Below, piece after piece: positions 1 through 9,642 of a stretch of 64,000 nucleotides of DNA (the stretch's first letter is position 1; the number at the start of each line of letters is the position of its first letter). The DNA is taken from positions 64,001 through 128,000 of the forward strand of contig CAWEJX010000004.1 in the NCBI GenBank assembly GCA_963809485.1, written 5' to 3'. Origin of the DNA: an uncultured Acidobacteriota bacterium. Lineage in GTDB: Bacteria > Acidobacteriota > UBA6911. The notes under the pieces are model-generated. The model searched no databases, was not told the DNA's origin, and was given only the letters and a program-made list of their open reading frames with translations. A program made the translations under genes and the position numbers.

Positions 1-277
1 CCTTTTCCAGTTCAGTCCCTGTCACCATTTTGACGGTGTTGTTTACATAGGCCTGGTGATGCTTCCCATAGTGAAATGACATTGTGTTCCCGGAGATGGC
101 CGGCGCAAGGGCGTCTTGAGCATAGGGAAGCGGAGGCAAATCGATTGTTGAAGCGGACTGGCTTTGTGCGGGCACCGGATCGGCCATGCCCAGGGTCAGC
201 GCAAGCGCAGCACCTGCAGATCCCGCTTTGGCCAGAAACTCTCTGCGATCGAGCGTTCCAAAACCGTTATACGCCAT
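1..277 (-). CDS. sodB: Fe/Mn superoxide dismutase with Tat signal, N-terminal part (runs off window)
   Basis: Manual translation: [19 protein letters not shown]...[34 protein letters not shown]; SD-like GAGGAG upstream. Absent from the ORF track. Fe versus Mn specificity uncertain. Confidence 0.88.
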   Translation of the reverse strand, partial: MAYNGFGTLDRREFLAKAGSAGAALALTLGMADPVPAQSQSASTIDLPPLPYAQDALAPAISGNTMSFHYGKHHQAYVNNTVKMVTGTELEK

Positions 278-737
278 AGGAATTCTCCTCTCTGCCTGGA
301 AGCGTATCATCAAACAAACCCGTAATGCTTAAGAATACCTTATCAGGGTTTTGGATGGGAATCATGCGCAATTATCCTGCATCCAAATGGATTATGGGCA
401 CTGGCGCGGAATCCGGGCACGCCCTGCCGGCCTGAAATCATAGGGAATCATGGAACAAATACGTTTCCCGGAGCCACTAAAAGGCTGGCAAATTGAAGGT
501 TTTTTTGATATTTAATTAGGCAGGCCAGAATAGCTCGTCAGGACTGTCTTACCCAGCCGGGCCTGGATCGGCTTACTCTATAATCAGGTCTTGATTTTCC
601 GTTCGAACGGAGGGACGGAAGAAGCTTTTGTTCATTTCCGCATAGGGAATATTGCGGCGGTTCGGACCCACGCATCAACGTGTCTTAAAACACAAAAGGA
701 CCGGATGCAGGCTCCTGCTTAAACAAGGAGAGTGGAT

Positions 738-1076
738 ATGAAGATTATGACGCGTACCATCGGGGACGTTCGGATTCTTGACTGCAGCGGCAAGATCACG
801 CTGGGAGAGGGGACCATGGTTGTTCGCAACAAGGTTCGCGATCTCGTCCAAAGCGGCGTGAAAAAAATTGTGCTGAATCTTGCCGACGTAAGCTACATCG
901 ACAGCTCGGGAATCGGTGAACTCGTAAGCACCTACACCACGGTTACAACCGGCGGAGGCCAGCTGAAGCTTCTGAATCTTACAAAGAAATTCAACGAACT
1001 TCTCGCCGTCACCAAACTACTGACGGTTTTCCAGGTATTTGATAACGAGCAGGCGGTGCTGGCAAGCTTCAGCTAG
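738..1076 (+). CDS. Anti-sigma factor antagonist (STAS domain)
   Basis: LNLADVSYIDSSGIGELV motif; AAGGAG upstream of ATG 738. Confidence 0.93.
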   Translation: MKIMTRTIGDVRILDCSGKITLGEGTMVVRNKVRDLVQSGVKKIVLNLADVSYIDSSGIGELVSTYTTVTTGGGQLKLLNLTKKFNELLAVTKLLTVFQVFDNEQAVLASFS

Positions 1077-1153
1077 TTCCGGCCCGTGCGATAGTCACCG
1101 GCCGCTCAAGAAAATCGAATTTGTGATAACTTCGAGGAAGAAAGTGACCGGGC

Positions 1154-1621
1154 ATGACACAAGCTTTTATGCAGGAAGCCATCCGCCTGTCGATCGAGAA
1201 GATGCGCGAAGGCTGCGGCGGACCGTTCGGCGCCGTGGTTGTGAAGGAAGGCCGGATCATCGGCCGCGGCTGGAACCAGGTTACTTCGACCAACGATCCA
1301 ACCGCTCATGCGGAAATCGTCGCAATCCGTGATGCCTGCAAAGGGACCGGTATTTTTTGTCTGCGGGATTGCGAAATATACTCGAGTTGCGAACCCTGCC
1401 CCATGTGCCTGGGTGCAATCTATTGGGCTCGCCTGGATCGCCTCTACTTCGCCGCGACGCGTGAAGATGCGGCGGCCGCCGGATTCGACGACGAGGCGAT
1501 ATACCGCGAAATACCGCTGCCCCCGAACGCGCGCAAGCTGCCTTCCATCCAGATGCTGCGCGACCGTGCCCTGCCCGCATTTGAAGAGTGGCGCGCCATG
1601 CCGGGCAAAATGCGCTATTGA
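1154..1621 (+). CDS. guaD: Guanine deaminase / nucleoside deaminase (cytidine deaminase fold)
   Basis: GGPFGAVVV, DPTAHAE and EPCPMC zinc motifs; C-terminal Tyr. Confidence 0.85.
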   Translation: MTQAFMQEAIRLSIEKMREGCGGPFGAVVVKEGRIIGRGWNQVTSTNDPTAHAEIVAIRDACKGTGIFCLRDCEIYSSCEPCPMCLGAIYWARLDRLYFAATREDAAAAGFDDEAIYREIPLPPNARKLPSIQMLRDRALPAFEEWRAMPGKMRY

Positions 1622-1666
1622 TACCCAAACCGTGTTTCGAAAAACTACCCCACCAAGAGATGCAGA

Positions 1667-2566
1667 CTAAGGATGGAAACCCGGAAAATCTGCGGTTGCG
1701 TCGACAATGGACAATCCGTCACACAGTTCATCCATTGCCCGGACGCCCCAGTGAAGGTGCGGCCCCGTAACTCTGCCGGTTTCACCCGAAAGGCCGACGA
1801 CTTCTCCCTTTTCGATGATATTCGATTTTGCCGCGTAGATTTCGGAAAGATGGGCATAGATCGTGTAGATCCCTATCCCATGATCGACAATCACGACGTT
1901 TCCGGCGTAGAAAAGGTTGCCGGTGAAAACGACCTTCCCCCTGTTGGAGCTTTGGACCGGAGTTCCCGTACCGGCGGCAAAATCTATTCCAAGGTGCTGC
2001 CCTTTTTGCTTTTTGTTGAACACCCTCCGTATCCCATATACGCTGGTCACCTTTGTCGACAAGGGACGGACGAACGGCTCGTTGAAATACGGAGTGCCCG
2101 AGCTTCCCTCTTTGTAGACGGCCGCAATAACCTTTCGTTCTCTCTCCACCCTTAAGGCGTCTTTGCCGGAAAGGGTCACCTTGGCAGGATCCACCCTCAA
2201 CTGTTCTCTGGGAAAAGCCTTTTTACCCACGGTGACTTCGGCGACAACAAGCTCGCCTTTTGATGTTTGAAGCGTACAAGTGTAGGGAGCGAATTTGGAT
2301 GAATAGGGTTCCGATATGAACGCATTCAAAAATCCGTCCGAACCGACATGGAAGCCGGTTCTTTTGTCTCTGCAGCGAAGCCCGGAAGCGGTGATGCCGG
2401 CTGGAAGCTTGTACCGGATAGCCGCAATCTGCCCGGGTGTCAGCGCAATTCTGGCAGGGTCATCCCTGGCTGCAGCCTGTCCGTCAAAGCCTGGGCCGGC
2501 GCAGGCTATCGTTGTGAACAGGATCAACATTCTACAGGAAGCTGGTATTCCCGATTTTCCCGGCAT
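1667..2566 (-). CDS. M23 family metallopeptidase
   Basis: HLGIDF, YAHLS and GPHLHW motifs; start moved to ATG 2566 (GAGGA upstream). Confidence 0.9.
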   Translation of the reverse strand: MPGKSGIPASCRMLILFTTIACAGPGFDGQAAARDDPARIALTPGQIAAIRYKLPAGITASGLRCRDKRTGFHVGSDGFLNAFISEPYSSKFAPYTCTLQTSKGELVVAEVTVGKKAFPREQLRVDPAKVTLSGKDALRVERERKVIAAVYKEGSSGTPYFNEPFVRPLSTKVTSVYGIRRVFNKKQKGQHLGIDFAAGTGTPVQSSNRGKVVFTGNLFYAGNVVIVDHGIGIYTIYAHLSEIYAAKSNIIEKGEVVGLSGETGRVTGPHLHWGVRAMDELCDGLSIVDATADFPGFHP

Positions 2567-2657
2567 CAGGTAATTCCTCAAGACTTCGAGGTTAACCTTT
2601 GAGCCTCCAAAACTCAAGGCCGCGTATCGCCTGGCAAGAGCATCGCCCGCGCAGCAA

Positions 2658-2855
2658 TATCCTTTCCTGATCGCCGGCAAGAGTCTCGACCAGGCCGTGA
2701 GTCAGGTACCTCCGGCAAAGCCGGAGGCTTGCCAATGTAATTATGGCGCAGCTTACGGGGCCCTTGCCATGACCACTCCGGGCAACACAACCATGGCAAC
2801 AAAGGCCGAAGTCGAAAAAGCCATGCGCGGTGGAGGGGCACGGGTGTAATGGTAA
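2658..2855 (+). pseudogene. C-terminal remnant of a PfkB-family sugar (KDG-like) kinase, interrupted by a 39-bp element
   Basis: YPFLIAGKSLDQAV[insert]NYGAAYGALAMTTPGNTTMATKAEVEKAMRGGGARV* resembles the KDG-kinase C-terminus; no N-terminal part. Confidence 0.7.
2701..2739 (-). mobile_element. Minimal 39-bp IS200/IS605-type palindromic element (single hairpin)
   Basis: GTCAGGTACCTCCGGCAAAGCCGGAGGCTTGCCAATGTA; removal restores GTG AAT TAT of the kinase remnant; same termini as the longer copies. Confidence 0.8.
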
Positions 2856-3093
2856 AGCGCGGCATAAGGCGGCAGCTTCGGGAATGAAGGAGGCTGAAAT
2901 ACAAAATCCGTGTAATCCTCGGGATTTTTCTTTATGCTTAAGCCCCATAAACGATTGATTAATCGCCATGAAAATTGATGGCTCGTATACGTGCAATCCC
3001 GGAGTCCATGAATCCGGCACCTATGTACGGACACGGACTGAGCACTCCCGAGCTGCACGGCTTTGGCAATTCAACAGCAAGGAGGATAGATCG

Positions 3094-4821
3094 ATGAAAT
3101 GGCATCTGTGTGCCGCTTTAATCGCGGCTCTATGTCTGAGCCTTTTTTGCAGCCTGCCGGCTCAAAACAATCAGGCTCAGGCACAAGGCAAGATGGTTGG
3201 GCAGAAAATTACCGTGCTCAGCCCAATGGGCAAACCGCCTGCGATTGAGCTGAAACCGATGGCGCCGCGGCTCAGGCTCGCTGGAAGGCAAAACGGTGTA
3301 TCTCGTCAACGACGGCTACCTGGGAACGGACCTTCTCCTTGGGGAGATGGAAGCCTGGTTCAAGGCCAATATGCCGAAAGTCAACATCGTTTACCGATCT
3401 GAAGGGCGGCGGAGGTTTTACTGCCGAAGATCCCAAATTGTGGGCAGAAATCAAGGAAAAGGCCGACGCGGTCGTCATGGGGATGGGGCATTGAAGTCTC
3501 TGTGTGTCGGCGGTCGTCGCACACTGCATCAATATTGAATCAAAACTTGGCGTACCCACGGTTCCCCTGATCACTTCGCGAATTTTACACCCAGGTTAAA
3601 ACCCATCACACCATCCAAAAAGGCATGCCCAATCTCCGGGTCACCTATCTCATATCGCCGGTTTGGGGCAAAACCGCCGAGCGCCTGCGCAAGGAAATCG
3701 TGATGAAGAGCCCGGTAAGCGGAAAGATGATCATGCAGGAGATCGTCGAGGGACTTACGCAGGCCCTTGAGCGCCGAAGAGAAGAAAACGGGCACCATCG
3801 AGCAGTCCGCGGGCCCGCGAGGCTTTCACCGATACCCCGGATAAACTTCAGCAGATGTTTATGGAAAAGAGGATGACCGACTACATGCCGATCATCCTGC
3901 CGACGGAAGAGAAAGGTCGCCGAAATGCTGAAAGGGACCAGCCACCGTCCCGACGAAGTGGTCGGCAAGATGGCGGCGCACACGGCAATGGGCGGCGCCG
4001 ACAATGTCGAGGTTTTTGAGCACTGGTCCTACACGGTGAAGACGGTGGCCATCAACGCGGTCATGGCCGGGTGCAAGACCCGAATACATGCCCGCTGCTG
4101 CTTGCCGTGGCATCCACAGGCAAAGAGGCCATTTCGGTGTCGGACAACTCCTTTACCGAAGGTCTGATCATCAACGGGCCCATCCGCGATGAAATAAAAC
4201 TCAATTACGGCTTGGGCGCTATGGGGCCGTTCAGCCAGGCGAATTCCACGATCGGCAGAGCATGGAACCTGCTGTCCATCAATGCCGGGAATTGCGGGAG
4301 AGTCGGCACAACCTACATGGGAACTGTCGGAAATCCCATGAACTGGAACAACGTCATTATTGCGGAGAACGAGAAAGATTCTCCCTGGCAACCCTACCAC
4401 GTTCGAAAAGGCTTTAAACCGTCCGACAGCGTCGTGACCTTGTGCGAAGGATGGGGAGTCCTGTCGGCCAAAAATTCAAAATACAGCGTATGGCAGAAGG
4501 AGATGGACTTCCCGGGCATCGTCAAGAAGATCGTCAACGACCAGGACGGACTTTTCGGAGCTCTGGTGGTCCTCAATCCTACGGTTGCGAATTACATCAA
4601 GGAAGCGGGCTACGATACGGTGGAGAAGTTTACGCAATATCTGTTGGCACCCGCAGAAGGGCAGGCAACCCCAGAAGCCGGCTCGCCAAACCGGCGCAAA
4701 GGGCCGGGCTTCGGGGCGTCTGCAGGTAAACATCGTTGTGACGGGAGGATCGAACAACAATTACTGGAGCTATGGCGGAATGGCGTGCCGTCAGAGCGTC
4801 CCGATCGATAAGTGGCGTTGA
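3094..4821 (+). pseudogene. UGSC-type selenoprotein paralog (U-S-L-C, TGA 3492-3494) with signal peptide; many single-base frameshifts (pseudogene or assembly error)
   Basis: Frame segments align with 43048-44727 (VMGMGH-U-SLC, AINAVMAGCK, KEAISVSDN, GTTYMGTVGNP, IDKWR*). Confidence 0.8.
3502..3524 (+). promoter_or_regulatory. Putative bacterial SECIS hairpin
   Basis: GTGTG-T-CGGC-[GGTC]-GTCG-CACAC beginning 7 nt after the in-frame TGA. Confidence 0.7.
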
Positions 4822-4833
4822 TCCTCATCCGGA

Positions 4834-5017
4834 GTCAAATACCTCCGGCAGAGGCGGAGGCTTGATTGTTTATCGCTTAAAGCGGCTGGATAAGCTGCAC
4901 TGCCTCTAACCGCCGACATACGCGGATAAAACGCCGGCCCTTGCTTTATAGATCGGCGTTCGTCGGCGTTTTATCCGCGTATGTCGGCGTTCAAGGATCC
5001 TGGAACTGTCGAACTCT
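4834..5017 (-). mobile_element. Divergent IS200/IS605-type non-autonomous element
   Basis: GTCA...CCTCCGGCAGAGGCGGAGGCTTG...CGCTTAAAGCGG end, inverted CGCCGAC/CGCGGAT repeats, GGAACTGTCGAACTCT resembling the other end. Confidence 0.6.
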
Positions 5018-5096
5018 TCGGCAAGGCAGCCACGAACCCGCGAGGCGTTCCTGTTCGCGCGATTCGTGGCTGCTTTTCTTTTTGCGGGATTTTGTC

Positions 5097-5501
5097 CTAC
5101 AGCAAGGGCAGGCTCTTCGGCGGTCCGGCAAATGAGTACACTTTCGCATCCGCCTCGGTGAAGTAAAACGTCACAAAGGTTTCATCGTCGGCGCCCTTGG
5201 GATAGATCTGGAGAAGCATGGCCGCCTCTGAAAAAGCCTGAACCTTGGCCTCGCGGCTGTCGTCCACAGCAACCTTGCCCCGGATGCGGAGCCAGGATTG
5301 ATCCGCGCCCATTGCTGAAATTTCGATATCCGGATTTTTCACCAGTTGCTGGAAAACATCCTTCGTTTTGTTCGTGCACATGTAAAGCGCGTTGTTCCTT
5401 TTCATGACAAATCCGAAAGGACGGACTCTGGCTTTGTTGCCATCGACGGTGGCAAGGTGAAAGACTTGATTGGCTTTTAGATATTCCAACGCAGTATTCA
5501 T
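5097..5501 (-). CDS. Pyridoxamine 5'-phosphate oxidase-like (NimA/NimC) flavin-binding protein
   Basis: FHLATVDGNKARVRPF, TNKTKDVFQQL.KNP, WLRIRG. Confidence 0.85.
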   Translation of the reverse strand: MNTALEYLKANQVFHLATVDGNKARVRPFGFVMKRNNALYMCTNKTKDVFQQLVKNPDIEISAMGADQSWLRIRGKVAVDDSREAKVQAFSEAAMLLQIYPKGADDETFVTFYFTEADAKVYSFAGPPKSLPLL

Positions 5502-5860
5502 GGAAACCTCCTGGTATGCAATGTATCAAAATGCCCTGAACGGCGGCCCGGCAACAGTATACGGAAATAATCCAAACCGCCTGCAGACAGAATCGCCCGG
5601 CGTCAATGGTTCGCTGAAGTCCAGGTCTGCCGGCAGAACCGGCGGTCATCCGGCTTTATTCTGCTGTTTCAGAAGCATACTTTTGCAGCGTCCCGAAGAT
5701 CAATCCAAATATGCATATTGCCCGATCTGCTGCGTTTCGGTGTCAAGACCAGCCACGGATCCCCAGTAAGTACCGCTCTCCAGAGACTGCCTCAAAACTG
5801 CCGGCGAGGATCTCATGACAGTCGTTTTGAGACCGACTTTGGACTCCCATCCATAAATTT

Positions 5861-6116
5861 TAACGCTGATGAACGCCGATAAACGCTGACTCACGCTGAA
5901 AAATCATAAATAAATATTGTTTTCTCAGCAGTTAATGGTAATTGTGCGAGGACGGTCTCTCGAGAGCAGCCCGCACTGGGGATTCGTAGCATTTTTGTGC
6001 CGCCGCAGGAATCTCCATCGGAAGCGCCTCATCGGCTTTTGCTTGCCGACCCTCGCCGAACAAGTCGGCGTTTGTCAGCGCTTTTGTCAGCGTATCTCAG
6101 CGTTTTAAAACACGGA
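5861..6116. repeat. Partial copy of the element core plus AACGCTGA-type decamer repeats
   Basis: 5997-6116 matches the internal arm GTGCCGCCGCAG...ATCGGAAGCGCCTCATCGGCTTTTGC...TCAGCGT of the copies at 35840 and 42591. Confidence 0.75.
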
Positions 6117-6166
6117 ATAATCGATGGAGCTGTCGGCGGATAGTAATGCAGCAGAGAAACGAGGGT

Positions 6167-6871
6167 TCAAGGAAGCAGGCTTTGCATCTGAATCACGGCA
6201 CGGCCCGTGCGCTTGAAGCGGTGGACCTGTCCGCCGGCCGCGCCCGGATCTCCGTCAGAATACGCGACCAGCGCTGCTCCTGAAGGGATTCCATAAGCTT
6301 CAGAGCCTGCGGGCAGCAACCGGGCCAAGGTTCGAAGCTCCTCCCAGTTGTCCTCTTCATCGTGGGTGTCGCAATAGACCTGCGCAATCCCGAGGCAGGG
6401 AAAGAGTTCCGGACCTGAACCCTCGACGGAATCACTCCACCGCACCCATTTTTGCGCCAGTATGATACTGCCTGCCGACACGCCGAAAAAAAGCTTGCCC
6501 TCCCGGTACTGATCCCGCAAAAAGCCGTCCATGCCGGTGCTCTCCAGGATCCTCATGCCCTGTTCCACATCGCCGCCGCTTATAAAAACGATCCGGCTGT
6601 CCTCGATGATGCGCGCGGCCTTTGCCGGATCAGCCCGTGCCCCGCAAAGAGGAGCAAGCCGGACAGCGCCCGCGCCGGCTTTTGCCAGCTGGCGGGAGAT
6701 CATGATGCGAAAGAGCGCATTATCCCCGGAGGCCGTACCCACATAGGCAACCGTGGGGGACCTGATTCCGGCCAACAGCAAAGCTTCACGGATCAGGGGA
6801 TCCGGACCGCGCCGCTGCCTGGACCGGCGGCCGCCGGCAATCAGATAGACCGGTTTACACTCAAGAGGCAT
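6167..6871 (-). CDS. Peptidase E / S51-like (class I glutamine amidotransferase fold)
   Basis: FISGGD, GVSAG nucleophile elbow, CDTHDE. Confidence 0.8.
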   Translation of the reverse strand: MPLECKPVYLIAGGRRSRQRRGPDPLIREALLLAGIRSPTVAYVGTASGDNALFRIMISRQLAKAGAGAVRLAPLCGARADPAKAARIIEDSRIVFISGGDVEQGMRILESTGMDGFLRDQYREGKLFFGVSAGSIILAQKWVRWSDSVEGSGPELFPCLGIAQVYCDTHDEEDNWEELRTLARLLPAGSEAYGIPSGAALVAYSDGDPGAAGGQVHRFKRTGRAVIQMQSLLP

Positions 6872-8210
6872 TCGGACCTCTGTTCACTTCCGCGGAAGGA
6901 GTGGGATCAAGGGAGAAATGCCGCCTGGCCAGAAGAAATTTGCCTGAAGCTTCCGGGAACAGCTCGCCCACCGCTTCCGCCCTGATATCGATAGCGTCCC
7001 CGAGAAGCAGGTGCAGCGCCTCGCGGGCATCCGCGAGCACGGAAGGCCCGGGCCGCTTGCCCGAAAGGACCAGGCGCATTCGGGCACAGCCGGGTGTTTC
7101 CTGATCCAGGCGATAATCGTCGATTCCCTCCACCGGCGCCAGCGCCTGATCCAATTGCCCGTGGGTCACCCGCCTGCCGCCGGAAGCGAGGAAGATGCTG
7201 ATGAGCCTTCCTTCTATCCCCGATAGAGTCAAACCGAATGTTCGGCCGCACGGGCAAGGATCCGGGGCGATACGGGCTACGTCGCCGATTTCGAAGCGGA
7301 GCAGGGGGAACCATCGGTTGCCGAAGGTCGTTACAAGAATGCGGCCAACAGACGGATCCTCGATGCCCTCCAGCGGGGCAATATCCACCCGGCAGCAATC
7401 GCTGTTCTGATGCAAGCGCCCATGTTCGCATTCCATGAATACATAACCCGCCTCGGTGGAACCGTAGGAACTTGCGATTGGAGACGAGAAGGCTTCACGG
7501 ATGGCGCGGAGATGGAAGGCGGAAGGGAACTCATACGTTAGCGTGATCAGCGCGGGCTGGAATACCGGCCCCCCATTTCGCGAAGCCCAGCGTGCGAATC
7601 GCGCGAGCAACGACGGATTTGCTTCGATCGCGACAGGCGCATATTCCTCCAGCTCGGCGGACATCCTGAGCTCGTGCCCTTCCGGCCACTGTGCAGTACT
7701 GCCGTACTCGTTGAGGAAAAGCAGTCTGCCCAGCACCCTTGCCTTGCGCGGGATCTGCGCCCCTTCGCTTCGGGGCCCCACGGACAGAGCGCTCGCGAGG
7801 ATGGCTTCCCGATGAGAACGGGAAAGCACGCGCGCAGCCTGGGCATTCAGAGACCACGATGCCTGTTCGGAATCGTCCCACCAGTTCTGGTTCCAGATGT
7901 TGTTCAACGCCTCGTCGGCGGTACCGCTGGTATGCACAAAAGTCACATCGCCCCGCGCGAGCGCCGCGTCCAGATCCATGCCCTGCGGGACGATACCATA
8001 GGGAAAGTTTCTGCGAATATCGGCTTTGGTAAGTGCGGGAAGCGCCGAGAAGCGCCCGTCCAGCGGAGCCCCTTCTCCGGGATCCAGCGTCCGCCAGGAT
8101 TCGTACATCCGCGTGCGCTCCAGCGCGATATGGAGAGCTTCAAGACAGCGGTTATTGTAAATTGCCAGAGTATCCTGCATTGCGCTCCCGATACACCTCA
8201 GTCCGTTCAC
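6861..8210 (-). CDS. Phenylacetate-CoA ligase-like (PaaK/CapK) adenylate-forming enzyme
   Basis: LPALTK, HTSGT, YGSTEAG, FPLLRFEIGD, SGKF; overlaps the downstream gene by 11 bp. Confidence 0.8.
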   Translation of the reverse strand: MNGLRCIGSAMQDTLAIYNNRCLEALHIALERTRMYESWRTLDPGEGAPLDGRFSALPALTKADIRRNFPYGIVPQGMDLDAALARGDVTFVHTSGTADEALNNIWNQNWWDDSEQASWSLNAQAARVLSRSHREAILASALSVGPRSEGAQIPRKARVLGRLLFLNEYGSTAQWPEGHELRMSAELEEYAPVAIEANPSLLARFARWASRNGGPVFQPALITLTYEFPSAFHLRAIREAFSSPIASSYGSTEAGYVFMECEHGRLHQNSDCCRVDIAPLEGIEDPSVGRILVTTFGNRWFPLLRFEIGDVARIAPDPCPCGRTFGLTLSGIEGRLISIFLASGGRRVTHGQLDQALAPVEGIDDYRLDQETPGCARMRLVLSGKRPGPSVLADAREALHLLLGDAIDIRAEAVGELFPEASGKFLLARRHFSLDPTPSAEVNRGPNAS

Positions 8211-8296
8211 ATGTAATTGTTTGTATTAGGACGACTCTCCGGGGCAGTCCGCCTAAACTGGGCGGCTCTTGAGGGCCATTCCCGCGTGAAAGGATA

Positions 8297-9292
8297 TCAC
8301 GGCTTGAAGGCTTCGACGATGCCGTCCATATGTTCGCCCTGGCGGAGAAAACGCACGCGAACGAATCCGGCCTTCACCAGGCCGGATTTGATCTCCCCGT
8401 AAGTGTAGGTGCCGCCGCCCTGAGTCCCCACGAGCATATTGATCGCGAAAATGGCGCCATCCTTGGGATGCGCCCGGTCGGGCGCCATAACATGGTCCCG
8501 GACAAGAATCCGGCCCCCGTGGTCGAGGGCGCGGAAGGCTTTTCTGTAAAGACCGAGATTTTGTTCGGGGCTGTTTGAATGGATGATGGCGGAAATCAAT
8601 ACCAAATCATGTCCGGGCGGGAATTCCTGCCGGTGAAAATCTCCGGCGACCAGACTGGTCCGGTCCAGCAACCCTTCCCTGATGAGCCGCTCGCGGGCCA
8701 TTTCCACAACGGGCGGCAGGTCAAAGAGGGTCGCCTTCATTTGGGGAACCGCCCGCAGAAACGCGATCGTGTAGGATCCCGATCCTCCGCCCACATCGAG
8801 CAGCGCTCTGGCCAAACCGGGTTCAACGGCCGCAACGATGGCTTTCGCCAGGGGTTCGGCAACGACATGCATCGCTCCTATGAAAGCGCGCAGTTCGTCG
8901 ATATTGCGCTCAAACTGAAATTCGTTTGCGGACGCATCCGTTCCGCGCACCACATCGGTGAGGCAGGACCATCGCTGCCACAGGGAGTTGACATGCAGGA
9001 CCATGGGTAGAATCGAGTCGGGAGAGTCTTCTGCCAGCAGGCGGGAAACGGGGCTCTCGCAGTGATACGTCTGTTCCGTTTTGGCGAGAAAGCCCATGGC
9101 CACCAGGGCATCCAGCAAAAACGCCAGGGCGCGTGCATCGGTCCCGATTCTGCGGGCAGCCTCGCTCGCAGCAAGCGGGATTCGGCTTAGCAATGTAAAC
9201 AGATTCAGCTCCGCCGCAGAAAGGAGAATCCTTGTTTCCATAAAACCCTGGGCCAAACGCAAAACTCTCTCCACACCGATTTCAGTCGTCAT
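8297..9292 (-). CDS. SAM-dependent O-methyltransferase (dimerisation domain + Methyltransf_2)
   Basis: LLDVGGGSG, FDLP.V, AGDF, IIH motifs. Confidence 0.92.
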   Translation of the reverse strand: MTTEIGVERVLRLAQGFMETRILLSAAELNLFTLLSRIPLAASEAARRIGTDARALAFLLDALVAMGFLAKTEQTYHCESPVSRLLAEDSPDSILPMVLHVNSLWQRWSCLTDVVRGTDASANEFQFERNIDELRAFIGAMHVVAEPLAKAIVAAVEPGLARALLDVGGGSGSYTIAFLRAVPQMKATLFDLPPVVEMARERLIREGLLDRTSLVAGDFHRQEFPPGHDLVLISAIIHSNSPEQNLGLYRKAFRALDHGGRILVRDHVMAPDRAHPKDGAIFAINMLVGTQGGGTYTYGEIKSGLVKAGFVRVRFLRQGEHMDGIVEAFKP

Positions 9293-9311
9293 TCTCCACC
9301 TGATCCTGTGA

Positions 9312-9598
9312 ATAAGTATCCCCCCGGCAGAGCCGGAGATTTTTCGGTTGCCGGCCTCTCAAAGGGGCCTGATCGCAACCGATAATAGATTAGACCGGTT
9401 TCACCCGAAATAAACATCCTTAAAGCTCTTTGAACCGCAGAATGTCAAACACAGAATAATGGATTCCGAGGTCGCGCCCCAGCTTCTGCGGTTCGACATT
9501 CGAAATTCGATATTCGATATTCAGAACGCCGGGGAAAAGGCATACTCCTGAATTTGTCAAACCGATACTGCCTCACCGGCAGGGCCGCTGGATGTCCC
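9312..9598. mobile_element. Second, degenerate IS200/IS605-type non-autonomous element with internal TTCGATA repeats
   Basis: CCCCGGCAGAGCCGG and GGCCTCTCAAAGGGGCC at one end, TGTCAAA...CCGGCAGGGCCG at the other; internal block shared with 50659-50744. Confidence 0.55.
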
Positions 9599-9642
9599 AT
9601 TGGATCAGGTTCCAAGTGATATTCCAGGGCCAGGTCCCACCG

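Noticed and set aside
3270-4720. Programmed ribosomal frameshifting in the first UGSC paralog
   Set aside because: Too many shifts, no consistent slippery sites, and the paralog at 43048-44727 has none.
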